In this document: positions 53,876 to 64,000 of the stretch, piece after piece
Layout: each line of letters starts with the position of its first letter
How positions within the stretch are numbered: position 1 is the stretch's first letter
Assembly: GCA_034189385.1 (NCBI GenBank)
Contig: JAXHVD010000014.1
Span: forward strand, 1-64,000
Source: Thermodesulfobacteriota bacterium
GTDB lineage: Bacteria > Desulfobacterota > Desulfobacteria > Desulfobacterales > C00003060
Direction of reading: 5' to 3'
DNA length: 64,000 nucleotides
The notes under the pieces: generated by a model
The model's database searches: none
Told to the model about the DNA's origin: nothing
What the model saw: only the letters and a program-made list of their open reading frames with translations
Translations under genes and position numbers: made by a program

Positions 53876-54649
53876 ATGATCCTTGGCCTCTCTGATCAAA
53901 GGGGTCCTCGTCAGGAGCCCGTTCGGACAGAAGTGTGGAAGATGTTTGACCGCGTGGCCCACCGGTATGATTTCTTAAACCGGCTCCTTTCCGCAGGGAT
54001 CGACCGACGGTGGCGGGGAAAAATGGCCCGCCTGCTTCCCCCCGGTCGTGATCAGCACGTCCTGGACCTGGCCACGGGAACGGCGGACCAACTCCTCTTC
54101 CTCTTCGACAAAAGCAATAAAATCAAGTCCGGTTTGGGCATCGACCTGGCAGAGAAAATGCTTGCCATAGGAAGACAGAAGGTTCAAGGACGCGGCCTTT
54201 CTGAGGCCATTACCCTGAAAAGGGGGGATGCCATGGACATCCCCGCTCAAGACAAGACCTTTGACGCCGTCACCATCTCCTTTGGCATCCGCAATGTAAG
54301 CCGTGTCTCTCAGGCCCTGTCAGAGATGCACCGCGTCCTTAAGCCAGGGGGCCGGCTTCTTGTTCTCGAATTCTCGTTGCCGGAGCACGCCCTCATCCGC
54401 TCAGGCTACCTTCTCTATCTCAGACACATCCTACCCCCTTTGGGAGCCCTGGTATCGGGCGATTCCGGCGCCTATCGATACTTGAACCAGACCATTGAGA
54501 CCTTTCCTTATGGCGGGGCCCTGTGCCAATTGATTGCCGAAGCAGGATTTGAGGCTGTTCAGGCCCGTGCCCTGACCATGGGCATTGCAATGATCTACCA
54601 AGGTGACAGGCCCCTATCAGCAAAGGGGCATCCCACATCTAAGGAATAG
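53876..54649 (+). CDS. menG: Demethylmenaquinone methyltransferase (UbiE/MenG)
   Basis: MFDRVAHRYDFLN, LDLATGTAD, FGIRNV, LEFS; start uncertain. Confidence 0.92.
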   Translation: MILGLSDQRGPRQEPVRTEVWKMFDRVAHRYDFLNRLLSAGIDRRWRGKMARLLPPGRDQHVLDLATGTADQLLFLFDKSNKIKSGLGIDLAEKMLAIGRQKVQGRGLSEAITLKRGDAMDIPAQDKTFDAVTISFGIRNVSRVSQALSEMHRVLKPGGRLLVLEFSLPEHALIRSGYLLYLRHILPPLGALVSGDSGAYRYLNQTIETFPYGGALCQLIAEAGFEAVQARALTMGIAMIYQGDRPLSAKGHPTSKE

Positions 54650-54651
54650 CC

Positions 54652-56034
54652 ATGTACACAGTGACTGAACAGATTCATGCAAACGAGACACAGCGCATCA
54701 GAGAAAGGATCATGGCCCAGCTCTTTCACGAAAAAACGACGGGTGGAAGGGCCAAAGGCGATCCAGCAATCGTCCGGGCCGAAGTCCAGGTTGAAGGGCT
54801 TTCCGCCTTGCCCTGGCTGTGCGCTCAGCCACCTGCTTCAAGAGGCTACTGGTCGGACCGGGAGAATCATTTTGAACTGGCTGGGACAGGCCGGGCCGAC
54901 GTGATAACCGGCAATTCCCGCCTGGACTACCAGGCCCTCATGGCCATGCTTCACCATCGGATCAAAAGGGCCAAAGGCCACCCCCGCTACCTTGGAGGGC
55001 TGCGATTTTCGCTAAACGGCATTCGGGAACCCGCCTGGGAACCCTTCAAGGCCTATCGTTTTATCCTACCCCGATTTGAAGTGGTCACGCGCCACGGCCG
55101 CACAGTCTTTGCCTGCAATATGCTGGAAAATGAAGATGAGGCGACCATTGAAGCTGCCCTTTCCAAAACGGCTTTCCCTGATGGATCTCCCCTTTCCAGC
55201 CTGCCCAAGGCCATTTCAAGGCAGGACTACCCAGACAAAGGGGGCTGGTGTGCCAATGTGGAGGCGGCTCTTAGGGCCTTCAAACCTGGCGACTATGAAA
55301 AAGTGGTCCTGGCCAGGAAAGCCACTTTTGCATTTGAAGAATCCATCAATCCTGCGGTGTTGTTGTGGGCATTGAAAAGAAATACCCCCCAGTGTTTTCA
55401 TTTCATGTTTCAGCCCGAGGCCGACGCTGCCTTCTTGGGAGCTTCACCTGAAAGGCTCTACCGCAGGGACAAAGATGGAATCCGCACGGAAGCCATTGCA
55501 GGAAGCCGCCCTCGAGGGGCCTCTGCTGAGGAAGATGAGCGTTATGCCCTGCAACTGAAGAGGAGTGAAAAAGACCTTCGGGAACATGAATATGTGGTAA
55601 AGAGTATTCAACGGACCCTAAAGGCCTTGTGCTCCTTGCTCAGCGTTGACGATGAACGGTCCATCATGAAGCTGGCGCGATGCCAACATTTACTCACCGA
55701 TTTTCGGGGTAAATTGGCCAATGGAGTCAAGGATGCCGATTTGCTGGAGAAGCTCCATCCCACCCCCGCCGTTGGGGGCCACCCAACGGACCGGGCCCTT
55801 CAAGACATTGCCCGCCTGGAACCCTTTGATCGGGGATGGTATGCCGGGCCTGTGGGCTGGATCGGGAAAGATGGGGCTCAATTCGTAGTTGGAATCCGCT
55901 CTGCCCTCACAGAGGGGTGCAAACTCCATCTCTTTTCCGGGGCTGGGATTGTGGACGGATCTGTCCCGATAGCAGAGTGGGAGGAAATCGAAAACAAGAT
56001 TAGTGACTTTCTTGCTTTATTGACTCATTCATGA
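54652..56034 (+). CDS. menF: Isochorismate synthase
   Basis: KVVLAR, GASPERL, LHPTPAVGG, WYAGPVG, GAGIV. Confidence 0.93.
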   Translation: MYTVTEQIHANETQRIRERIMAQLFHEKTTGGRAKGDPAIVRAEVQVEGLSALPWLCAQPPASRGYWSDRENHFELAGTGRADVITGNSRLDYQALMAMLHHRIKRAKGHPRYLGGLRFSLNGIREPAWEPFKAYRFILPRFEVVTRHGRTVFACNMLENEDEATIEAALSKTAFPDGSPLSSLPKAISRQDYPDKGGWCANVEAALRAFKPGDYEKVVLARKATFAFEESINPAVLLWALKRNTPQCFHFMFQPEADAAFLGASPERLYRRDKDGIRTEAIAGSRPRGASAEEDERYALQLKRSEKDLREHEYVVKSIQRTLKALCSLLSVDDERSIMKLARCQHLLTDFRGKLANGVKDADLLEKLHPTPAVGGHPTDRALQDIARLEPFDRGWYAGPVGWIGKDGAQFVVGIRSALTEGCKLHLFSGAGIVDGSVPIAEWEEIENKISDFLALLTHS

Positions 56035-57836
56035 AGTTGCCCCAACCCAATCTAAACGCCCTCTGGGCCTCCCTTCTTATTGAGGAACTCATCCGAAACG
56101 GCATTGACTACTTTTGTCTGGCCCCGGGCTCGCGATCAACACCCCTGACCGTAGCCGTGGCTGAAAACGGAAAAGCAAAGACCTCCCTTCACTATGACGA
56201 GCGAGGAGTGGCTTTTCACGCCCTCGGGTATGGTCGGGCCACGGGGCGTCCAGCCGGCGTCATCACCACGTCAGGGACAGCTGTTCCAAATCTCATGCCC
56301 GCAGTTGTGGAAGCGGCGATGGACCAGATTCCTCTCTTGGTGATCACCGCTGATCGACCACCGGAATTACGGGATTGCGCTGCAAACCAGACGATCGATC
56401 AGACAAAAATTTTTGGGGACTTTGTTCAGTGGTTTGTCGATCTGGCCTGTCCCAGTCGCCAGATTCCAGCTAAAGTGATCCTTTCTACGATCGACCAAGC
56501 CGTCCATCGTTCAATTGGACCTATCGCCGGCCCTGTCCATATAAACTGCATGTTTCGTGAACCGCTGGACCCCAAGCCTGCAAATGAGGACTTTCGTGAC
56601 TACCTTGCCCCCCTGGCAAAATGGCTCCCCAAAAGTTATCCCTATACCGAATATGAACGGCCGGTGCGAATGGCGAATCCCAAGGCTCTGGACGACCTGT
56701 CTCAGCTTCTGGACAAGGTGGAAAGAGGCCTCGTAGTAATAGGGCGGCTCAGCTGTCCCAGTGAGCAATCAGCCGCCTCCGCTCTGATAGAAACACTACG
56801 ATGGCCTGTCTGTGCCGATATCACCTCGGGCCTCAAATCAAGAGGAATTTCGTCAACGATCTTGGCCTGTCACGATGTCCTTATTAGAACAGAGGCCTTT
56901 GCCGCAATCCACCATCCTGAAGTCGTTCTCCAATTGGGAGGACGTTTTGTCTCAAAGCACCTGGAAGCCTTCATTCAGCAAAGCGACCCCGACCACTACG
57001 TGCTTGTGACAAACCACCCGAAAAGACAGGACCCGTCTCACAGGGTATCGCTAAGAATAGAGGGCGATCTCGGGCAAGTATGTCACTATCTGGCAGACAG
57101 GCTCAGCCCTCGTCCCGACTCGCCTTGGCTGGTCTCCTGGCAAAAAGCCTCGGCAAGAGCACGCCAGGTCTTTGAGACTTTTGCTCAAAGGGAAAAGACC
57201 TTGAGTGAACCCCAGGTGGCCCGTCTCATCTCCCGATATATGGCATCGGACCAGGGGCTTTTTATTGCCAGCAGTATGCCTATACGGGACATGGACCTCT
57301 TTGCAGACGCTCTGGGGCCTGCTATTTCTGTGGGCTCAAACCGCGGGGCTAGCGGGATAGATGGCACTATTGCCGCAGCCGCAGGCTTTGCTGCCGGGCT
57401 GAGAAAACCCCTCTCCCTCCTTACAGGAGATCTGGCCTTCCTCCACGATCTAAATTCCCTGAACTTCCTCCGTTGTGCCGATTACCCCGTTATGATGGTC
57501 GTCATAAACAACGACGGAGGAGGCATTTTCTCTTTTCTTCCTATCGCCCAGTTTGACCGATTCTTTGAGAAGTACTTTGTCACCCCCCATGGCCTGACCT
57601 TTGAAAAGGCGGCCCAGATGTTTGGAATTCAGTACTATCACCCTGAGACCGCCCCAGACTTCCAGTCTTGTTATGAGGAAGCCCTGGCCAAGGGCCATTC
57701 AGCCATTGTGGAAGTGACCCTGGATCGCAAAAAGAATCATGCGCTGCACATGCAATTGCTCAAAGATATGCAAGACGCCCTTAGAGATGACTACAAAGAT
57801 GGCGCCAAAGATCTCCTAACTGGGCAAGAGCGATGA
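56031..57836 (+). CDS. menD: SEPHCHC synthase
   Basis: PGSRSTPL, DERG, TSGTA, NRGASGIDG, NNDGGGIF. Confidence 0.97.
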   Translation: MKLPQPNLNALWASLLIEELIRNGIDYFCLAPGSRSTPLTVAVAENGKAKTSLHYDERGVAFHALGYGRATGRPAGVITTSGTAVPNLMPAVVEAAMDQIPLLVITADRPPELRDCAANQTIDQTKIFGDFVQWFVDLACPSRQIPAKVILSTIDQAVHRSIGPIAGPVHINCMFREPLDPKPANEDFRDYLAPLAKWLPKSYPYTEYERPVRMANPKALDDLSQLLDKVERGLVVIGRLSCPSEQSAASALIETLRWPVCADITSGLKSRGISSTILACHDVLIRTEAFAAIHHPEVVLQLGGRFVSKHLEAFIQQSDPDHYVLVTNHPKRQDPSHRVSLRIEGDLGQVCHYLADRLSPRPDSPWLVSWQKASARARQVFETFAQREKTLSEPQVARLISRYMASDQGLFIASSMPIRDMDLFADALGPAISVGSNRGASGIDGTIAAAAGFAAGLRKPLSLLTGDLAFLHDLNSLNFLRCADYPVMMVVINNDGGGIFSFLPIAQFDRFFEKYFVTPHGLTFEKAAQMFGIQYYHPETAPDFQSCYEEALAKGHSAIVEVTLDRKKNHALHMQLLKDMQDALRDDYKDGAKDLLTGQER

Positions 57837-58639
57837 ATCCCTCTCACAGTCTGTTCTATGAGCGGTTCGGCACGCCCTCAGCGCCTAAGGTGGTCTTTCT
57901 CCATGGATTTATGGGACATTCCAGCGACTGGCAGGCCATCATAGAAAGGCTGGCTTCAACCTACTGTTGCCTGGCCGTACATCTGCCGGGCCATGGAAAG
58001 AGCCTTCATCTTCCTAAAGAGGACGATTACACCCTTGATGGAGCGGCCCGGGCGGTGGCACAAATCATGAAAAAGAACCAGGCCATTCCGGCTCCTGTCG
58101 TAGGCTACTCCATGGGCGGACGAGTGGCCCTTTACCTCGCTCTCCATTACAGCCCATGCTGCTCTCGGCTCGTTGTCGAGTCGGCCACAGCCGGCCTTAA
58201 GGGGGACCAAGATCGGGCCACACGAAGGAAACGGGATCAACAGCGGGCCCAAGCCCTGCGGCAGGGCTCCTTTGAAGACTTCCTCCGAACGTGGTATGGT
58301 CAACCCCTCTTTGAAACCCTGGCGGCAGCTCCAGATAAGCTCGAAGAAGTCTTAAGGCAAAGGCGTCTTAACGACCCTGAAGAACTGGCCAAGGCCCTTG
58401 AAGGAATGGGGGTGGGATCCCAGGACTCTCTATGGGAACAGTTGCCCCGCATGAATGCACCGACGCTGCTCATGGCGGGAGAGAAAGATTCCAGGTACGT
58501 GGCAATCCTTCGGGCCATGGCAAAACGCCTGCCCTCTGCTACAATAGAAATTATTGCCGGCGCAGGCCACAACGTCCACCTGGAAAACGCCCCTGCGGCT
58601 GCGGCGCAGATAGAGCAATTCCTGGCAAAGGAGCAATAG
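57833..58639 (+). CDS. menH: SHCHC synthase
   Basis: LHGFMG, GYSMGGR, WY.QPLF, GHNVH. Confidence 0.92.
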   Translation: MNPSHSLFYERFGTPSAPKVVFLHGFMGHSSDWQAIIERLASTYCCLAVHLPGHGKSLHLPKEDDYTLDGAARAVAQIMKKNQAIPAPVVGYSMGGRVALYLALHYSPCCSRLVVESATAGLKGDQDRATRRKRDQQRAQALRQGSFEDFLRTWYGQPLFETLAAAPDKLEEVLRQRRLNDPEELAKALEGMGVGSQDSLWEQLPRMNAPTLLMAGEKDSRYVAILRAMAKRLPSATIEIIAGAGHNVHLENAPAAAAQIEQFLAKEQ

Positions 58640-58644
58640 AACTG

Positions 58645-59466
58645 ATGGCAACCATTGCATGGAAAGAGGCTAAAGCGTTCACGGACATTAGATATGAAAA
58701 AGCGGGAGGGATTGCCAAAATTACCATTAACCGACCTGAGGTACGCAATGCCTTTCGGCCGTTGACAGTTGTGGAAATGTCAAAGGCGTTAAACGACGCC
58801 CGAGATGACAAGGATATCGGAGTCATCATTCTCACAGGCCAAGGCGATAAGGCCTTTTGCTCCGGCGGGGACCAACGGGTTCGGGCCCATGCGGGCTATG
58901 CTGACGAGGGCGGTGTCGAGCGACTGAATGTCCTGGATTTCCAACGCCAGATTCGCACGTGCCCTAAGCCGATCATTGCCATGGTAGCCGGCTACGCCAT
59001 CGGAGGAGGCCATGTGCTCCATTTGATGTGCGATCTGACGATTGCGGCCGACAACGCTGTCTTCGGCCAGACCGGGCCGAAGGTGGGCTCCTTTGACGGC
59101 GGCTATGGTTCAGCCTACCTGGCCCGTATCGTGGGGCAGAAGAAGGCCCGGGAAATCTGGTTTCTCTGCCGCCAGTATTCGGCCCAACAGGCCTTGGAGA
59201 TGGGGTTGGTCAACACCGTGGTCCCCCTGGAGAAACTGGAAGAGGAAACCGTCCAGTGGTGCCGCGAAATGCTTGTGCACTCGCCTCTGGCCTTGCGCTG
59301 CTTGAAATCGGCACTGAATGCAGACTGCGATGGCCAGGCTGGTCTCCAGGAGCTGGCAGGCAATGCCACCCTTTTGTTCTACATGACCGAAGAGGCCCAG
59401 GAGGGGCGGGACGCTTTTGCAGAAAAGCGGAAACCGGATTTCACCAAGTTTCCCAGGAGGCCCTAA
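58645..59466 (+). CDS. menB: 1,4-dihydroxy-2-naphthoyl-CoA synthase
   Basis: [25 protein letters not shown]. Confidence 0.98.
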   Translation: MATIAWKEAKAFTDIRYEKAGGIAKITINRPEVRNAFRPLTVVEMSKALNDARDDKDIGVIILTGQGDKAFCSGGDQRVRAHAGYADEGGVERLNVLDFQRQIRTCPKPIIAMVAGYAIGGGHVLHLMCDLTIAADNAVFGQTGPKVGSFDGGYGSAYLARIVGQKKAREIWFLCRQYSAQQALEMGLVNTVVPLEKLEEETVQWCREMLVHSPLALRCLKSALNADCDGQAGLQELAGNATLLFYMTEEAQEGRDAFAEKRKPDFTKFPRRP

Positions 59467-59614
59467 GCGCAAGGCGCGATGGGCGACGCCTGGATTGGTC
59501 ATTTGCCAGATGCCTCGGGCCCCATGGCAAGAGGCACGGCCAATAGGAGAGTGACATGTCAGACTGTAGGCTGGTCTCTTTGAGTTACTCTTCGCAGTTT
59601 ACGGCACTTCAACA

Positions 59615-60502
59615 ATGGCTAGGCTTTCCACCTTTAACATATGGGTACTGGCGGCACGGCCCAAAACGCTTTGGGCGGCTATTGCCCCTGTCATGGTAGG
59701 CACGGCTATGGCCTTTGAGACAGGAAAGGGGGCCTGGCTTCCGGCCCTGGCAGCCCTTTTTGGTGCCGTCATGATACAAATCGGGACCAATTTTGCCAAC
59801 GACTACTTTGATCATCAGAAAGGAACAGACACGGAGCATCGGCTTGGCCCCTTACGGGTCACCCAAGCCGGGCTGGTGCAACCTGAGACCATGAAATGGG
59901 CCATCGCCCTGGCCTTTTTCATGGCTGGGACAGCCGGAATCTATCTGGTCTGGCAGGGAGGCTGGCCGATTTTCATCGTAGGCTGCCTTTCGATCTTATC
60001 GGGAATCTTTTATACGGCAGGGCCCTACCCTCTCGGCTATACTGGCTTGGCTGATCTTTTTGTGTTGATCTTTTTTGGTCCAGTAGCAGTAGGAGGCACG
60101 TACTACGTCCAGACCTTGGAAATGCATCATCCCGTGCTGTGGTCCGGCCTGGCCCCCGGCCTTTTTTCCGTAGCCATCCTCACGGTGAACAATCTCCGAG
60201 ACATAGAAGAAGACAAGCGCGCCGGCAAAAAGACCCTTGCTGTAAGATTCGGCCGTTCCTATGCCCAGGGGCAATACCTCCTGTGCCTGGTGTCGGCCTC
60301 CGCCATCCCGGCAATGCTCTATATTCTAGAAGGAAACCATCCCGTTGCCATGGTGACCATCGTCCTTCCCCTTGCGGCTTTGTCGTCCATACGCTTGGTC
60401 TTTACGACCAGGGATGGTCCGAAACTTAACGGTGTCTTGGCTTTTACGGGCAAGCTCCTGCTCCTTTATAGTGTTGTTTTCTCTGTGGGATGGCTTCTGT
60501 GA
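59615..60502 (+). CDS. menA: DHNA polyprenyltransferase
   Basis: AARPKTL, NFANDYFD, NNLRD..D..AGKKTLAVR. Confidence 0.95.
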   Translation: MARLSTFNIWVLAARPKTLWAAIAPVMVGTAMAFETGKGAWLPALAALFGAVMIQIGTNFANDYFDHQKGTDTEHRLGPLRVTQAGLVQPETMKWAIALAFFMAGTAGIYLVWQGGWPIFIVGCLSILSGIFYTAGPYPLGYTGLADLFVLIFFGPVAVGGTYYVQTLEMHHPVLWSGLAPGLFSVAILTVNNLRDIEEDKRAGKKTLAVRFGRSYAQGQYLLCLVSASAIPAMLYILEGNHPVAMVTIVLPLAALSSIRLVFTTRDGPKLNGVLAFTGKLLLLYSVVFSVGWLL

Positions 60503-61602
60503 GAATATCAGACATGGCCCTTTTCGAGTTTCGCCTTCCCCTTCGCCGCCCTTTGAAGATCGGCCAAGAAGTCCTCGAACAACGACGGGGTCTTGTCCTG
60601 AGCCTAACGGACGACTCCGGCAGGCAGGCTTTTGGAGAGGCCAGCCCTCTGCCCGGCTTGAGCCGAGAGAGTATGGCCCAGGCGAAAGACGAGATGGCCT
60701 TGCTACGCCCTTGGCTCATGGGCCGACTCCTGCCCGATCATCTGGACAAGGTGAGAGGAGCTTTCAAAGCGTGGCTTGGGGAATGCCGCCTGGCATCTTC
60801 TTCACGTTTTGCTCTTGAGACGGCTGTCTTACGTCTTCTGGCGGCAAAAAGGGCCCTTCCCCTGAGTGAACTTCTTTCCCCATCCCCCCGGCCCTTCGTC
60901 AGTGTGAATGGTCTTTTGAGCGGCTCCCGCGAAGAAATTGAGAAAAAGGCCTTTGATCTTCGTGCCCGGGGATACAGGGCCTTCAAGCTGAAAGTGGGGC
61001 GGCAGACCGTGGAAGAAGACATCGCTATGACGCAGATGGTTAGAAGAATTATTACAGATGATAGTATCTTGCGTCTGGATGCCAATCGTGCTTGGCAAAT
61101 GGAGCAGGCCCTTGCCTTTGCCAAGGCTGTAGCCTCCGTTAACCTGGACTATCTTGAGGAGCCTGTCCGCACCCTTCCCCTGCTGAAAGAGCTGGTCAGT
61201 AGAATAGGAACGGCCGTGCCACTTGCTCTGGACGAGAGCTTGACAGGTCTGACACCGCGAGACCTGGATGGCTTTTTCGGGATCAAGGCTGTCGTACTGA
61301 AGCCCACCTTGCTGGGCTTTGAACAAGCCATGCGCTTCGCCCGTGGTGCCTTAAAAAGGGGTATGACGCCCGTTGTCAGTTCGGCCTTTGAATCTGAAAT
61401 TGGTATAGAGGCCCTGGCCCACATGGCGGCATCCATCAACACAGGCGATGTGCCGGCCGGTCTCGACACCCTGGATTGGTTTGAAAAGGGATTGCTCCCC
61501 ACCCCTTTTGGGATCAAAAGGGGTCGTCTTGGCATCGCAAATTTCCAGTGCTTTCCTGAACAAGCGCTGAAAAGTCTGACTGAGGTAACGTTGCATGGCT
61601 AA
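60499..61602 (+). CDS. menC: o-succinylbenzoate synthase
   Basis: GEASPLPG, KLKVG, LRLDAN, YLEEP, LDES; GTG overlapping the menA stop inferred. Confidence 0.93.
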   Translation: MRISDMALFEFRLPLRRPLKIGQEVLEQRRGLVLSLTDDSGRQAFGEASPLPGLSRESMAQAKDEMALLRPWLMGRLLPDHLDKVRGAFKAWLGECRLASSSRFALETAVLRLLAAKRALPLSELLSPSPRPFVSVNGLLSGSREEIEKKAFDLRARGYRAFKLKVGRQTVEEDIAMTQMVRRIITDDSILRLDANRAWQMEQALAFAKAVASVNLDYLEEPVRTLPLLKELVSRIGTAVPLALDESLTGLTPRDLDGFFGIKAVVLKPTLLGFEQAMRFARGALKRGMTPVVSSAFESEIGIEALAHMAASINTGDVPAGLDTLDWFEKGLLPTPFGIKRGRLGIANFQCFPEQALKSLTEVTLHG

Positions 61603-63052
61603 TATCCAATGCCCCTTAAACGCCGCTGCCAATGCTTGGCGTGACCGCCCTGCCATCATCAGCGGAGAGAGGATGATCTCCTATGGTGAATATGAAGCCT
61701 TGGTTGCATCCACGGCCCTTGCACTCAAAAAAAGGGGGGTGATGCCGGGACAGCGTGTTGCCATCATTAGTAAAAACGACTTGGGACTACTTGTCCTTTT
61801 GTTCGCCATACTCAGAGCGGGGGCCGTCTCTTTCCCAATCAGCCCGAGACTCCCAGGGCAAGCCCTTCAGTCCACCCTGAAAAGGGTTGGTGCCTCAGTC
61901 GTCATCGATCCGGAGAACAGACTCCCGAGAAAAGGATCTTCTGAAATAGGCCAAATCGACCCAGACTCTCTCTTTGCCGCGGCAACATCCTTTGCCTCAA
62001 CATCAGGCCATGAGGTCACATGGGATCTGGATGACGAAGCCACGATCATTCTCACCTCAGGCAGCACTGCTTTACCCAAGGCTGCCCTTCATTCCTTGGG
62101 AAATCACTACTACAACGCTCTGGGCTCCAACAAGAATCTTCCCATTGAACCGGGCCATGGCTGGCTCCTTTCTCTGCCTTTGTATCACGTAGGCGGACTG
62201 GGCATCCTTTTTAGAACCATTCTGGGTGGTGGGACACTGGTCCTTCCTGAAGAAGGCGAGACGATTCATGCTGCCGTGGAAAGATATGCCGTCACCCATC
62301 TTTCCCTTGTCTCTACTCAAGTCTTTCGCCTTCTGAACCAAGGGCTGTCGGATCAAGCCGTTGACCGCCTAAAGGTCCTTCTTATTGGAGGAGGGCCTGT
62401 TTCTTCCTCCTTGATCACGCGTGCCGTCAACAGGGGTTTGCCTTTGTGCACCACATACGGTCTCACGGAGATGGCCTCACAGGTCACCACCACCGTCCCG
62501 GGCGATGCTGGGGATCGGCTTTTCAGTTCCGGCAAGATTCTGGAATATCGCCGTCTCAAAATAGAGGACGGGGCTATTTTCGTGAAAGGCCGGACCCTTT
62601 TTAGAGGTTATGTGGAAGAGCAGGGAATAGAAAAACCTTTCGATGATAAAGGCTGGTTTAAGACGGGGGATATGGGACGGATGGACCGTGAAGGCTACCT
62701 CACCTTTCTGGGGCGGCAAGACAACATGTTTATTTCAGGTGGAGAAAACATCCAACCCGAGGAGATTGAGAGCGCCCTGTGTGCCACGATGGATATTACT
62801 CAGGCTGTGGTCGTGCCTGTGGAAGACAAGGAATTCAGCTTTCGTCCCGTTGCCTTCGTCCGGACACCCTCTGGGACGCACCTGGATCAAAAAGACCTGA
62901 TCTGCCAGCTGGAGCGTGATCTGCCACGATTCAAGATCCCTGAAGCCTTTCTCCCCTGGCCCGAAGAGGCAGACAAAAGAGGCCTTAAGCCCGACCGCAC
63001 CTACCTCACGACTCTGGCGGGAGAGCTTCGACTGACCCGCCTCAACAAATGA
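61595..63052 (+). CDS. menE: o-succinylbenzoate--CoA ligase
   Basis: TSGST..PK, LPLYHVGG, YGLTEMASQ, TGDMG, SGGENIQPEEIE. Confidence 0.95.
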   Translation: MANIQCPLNAAANAWRDRPAIISGERMISYGEYEALVASTALALKKRGVMPGQRVAIISKNDLGLLVLLFAILRAGAVSFPISPRLPGQALQSTLKRVGASVVIDPENRLPRKGSSEIGQIDPDSLFAAATSFASTSGHEVTWDLDDEATIILTSGSTALPKAALHSLGNHYYNALGSNKNLPIEPGHGWLLSLPLYHVGGLGILFRTILGGGTLVLPEEGETIHAAVERYAVTHLSLVSTQVFRLLNQGLSDQAVDRLKVLLIGGGPVSSSLITRAVNRGLPLCTTYGLTEMASQVTTTVPGDAGDRLFSSGKILEYRRLKIEDGAIFVKGRTLFRGYVEEQGIEKPFDDKGWFKTGDMGRMDREGYLTFLGRQDNMFISGGENIQPEEIESALCATMDITQAVVVPVEDKEFSFRPVAFVRTPSGTHLDQKDLICQLERDLPRFKIPEAFLPWPEEADKRGLKPDRTYLTTLAGELRLTRLNK

Positions 63053-63458
63053 TCCCAGCAAGCCCCTTTCTTATGTTTTCCGGCAAGGGAATCTTCTCCC
63101 CCGTAACCTTGTCCACCGAGACATGAACTGTCTTGAGCCTTGTAGCAACGCGTCCCTTCTTATTCCTAAAGACATAGACCAGGGTAAAAGAAGTATCGCC
63201 CATTTCTGCTGAAAGAGAAAGGGTGAAGGCTTCACCCAGGACAAGGGGACTTCGGTAGTCCGCCTCTGCGTGAACAATAGGAAGGCTGTATTGGGCATCG
63301 CGAATAATAACGTCCAGGCCGCATCCGATAGATTTCATAAAATCTTCGTAGGCGCCATGGGCGATCTTAAAGTGATTTGCGAAAAATAGAATCCCCGCAG
63401 CATCGGCATCATGGAATTTCACCCGCATTTCTGTCTCAACCTTGCTCATATCCGTCAT
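63042..63458 (-). CDS. 4HBT-family hotdog thioesterase, probable DHNA-CoA hydrolase
   Basis: FHDADAAGILFFAN, LPIVHAEADY; convergent with menE. Confidence 0.85.
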   Translation of the reverse strand: MTDMSKVETEMRVKFHDADAAGILFFANHFKIAHGAYEDFMKSIGCGLDVIIRDAQYSLPIVHAEADYRSPLVLGEAFTLSLSAEMGDTSFTLVYVFRNKKGRVATRLKTVHVSVDKVTGEKIPLPENIRKGLAGIIC

Positions 63459-63550
63459 GTTCCCAATCTTACATCACATCTGTAATTGAGATCAGATCCC
63501 ATTGTTTCACTGCACTACAACCAATGAAACCTGCCGTAGACATCAGCCAT

Positions 63551-63727
63551 TCACCCTTCTTTCTTGCCTTCGGCCCTACCCTTTTGAATGGCAAGGGCAA
63601 GCCCTGCCAAAGCCGCCACGCACCCGGCCAGCGTATAGACCATCTCGTTGCTCATGACAGAGCCCACAAAAAAGCCTAACAGGCCAGCGGCCACAAGGCC
63701 GGTCCATATCTTCCCCGCCATTTCCAT
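63551..63727 (-). CDS. Small two-helix membrane protein (58 aa)
   Basis: Hand translation MEMAGKIWTGLVAAGLLGFFVGSVMSNEMVYTLAGCVAALAGLALAIQKGRAEGKKEG; below the ORF-track cutoff. Confidence 0.6.
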   Translation of the reverse strand: MEMAGKIWTGLVAAGLLGFFVGSVMSNEMVYTLAGCVAALAGLALAIQKGRAEGKKEG

Positions 63728-63877
63728 GGACGACCACCCCTTCCTCGTTTATGCAATATTTTTAGACATTCCTATGGTTTTTGCATGAGGTCAAGTCTTT
63801 TTACACGATACGTTGATAACGACGTAAGCCTGTGTTATGGATCTTCCAAGAATAGGAGACGAGGACAACCCTACCGC

Positions 63878-64000
63878 GTGACGCCCCTAACCCTTCTAAG
63901 ACGCTTGTGCCTTCCCATTCTCTTCATCTGCCTTTGTGCCTTTGTTCAGCCGGCCTCCGGCTTCTACACATGGACCGATGAAAAGGGCGTCAGACACTTT
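63878..64000 (+). CDS. DUF4124-domain protein, truncated by the window end
   Basis: Signal peptide then FYTWTDEKGVRHF. Confidence 0.8.
   Translation, partial: MTPLTLLRRLCLPILFICLCAFVQPASGFYTWTDEKGVRHF

Overview
Bacterial chromosomal window. Protein character suggests a Desulfobacterota (deltaproteobacterial) anaerobe; this is my judgement, no search was run. About 1-17.8 kb is accessory: a secreted metallophosphoesterase, an IS66 remnant, an intact IS200-type tnpA, a cluster of exported proteins, DUF2284, katG and several Cys-rich microproteins around a PilZ gene. About 17.8-53 kb is housekeeping: DASS transporter, peptide ABC system, dapB-glgC, groES-groEL, ileS-lspA-lgt-holA, hflKC, dciA, tRNA-Ser(CGA), a liv-type ABC system and tRNA-Thr(CGT). 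53.8-63.5 kb holds a complete classical (o-succinylbenzoate) menaquinone cluster, menG-F-D-H-B-A-C-E, plus a convergent thioesterase. At least three dispersed miniature element families are visible, two with target-site duplications. The best candidate for a new system is 4.1-9.5 kb. It encodes a secreted protein resembling (by recalled motifs only) the Methanospirillum-type archaeal amyloid sheath protein. A second, unrelated secreted protein carries a nearly identical in-frame 35-nt C-terminal tag (YQMPEPWYxLQ-stop), and an outer-membrane beta-barrel lies between them. No CRISPR array or rRNA was seen.
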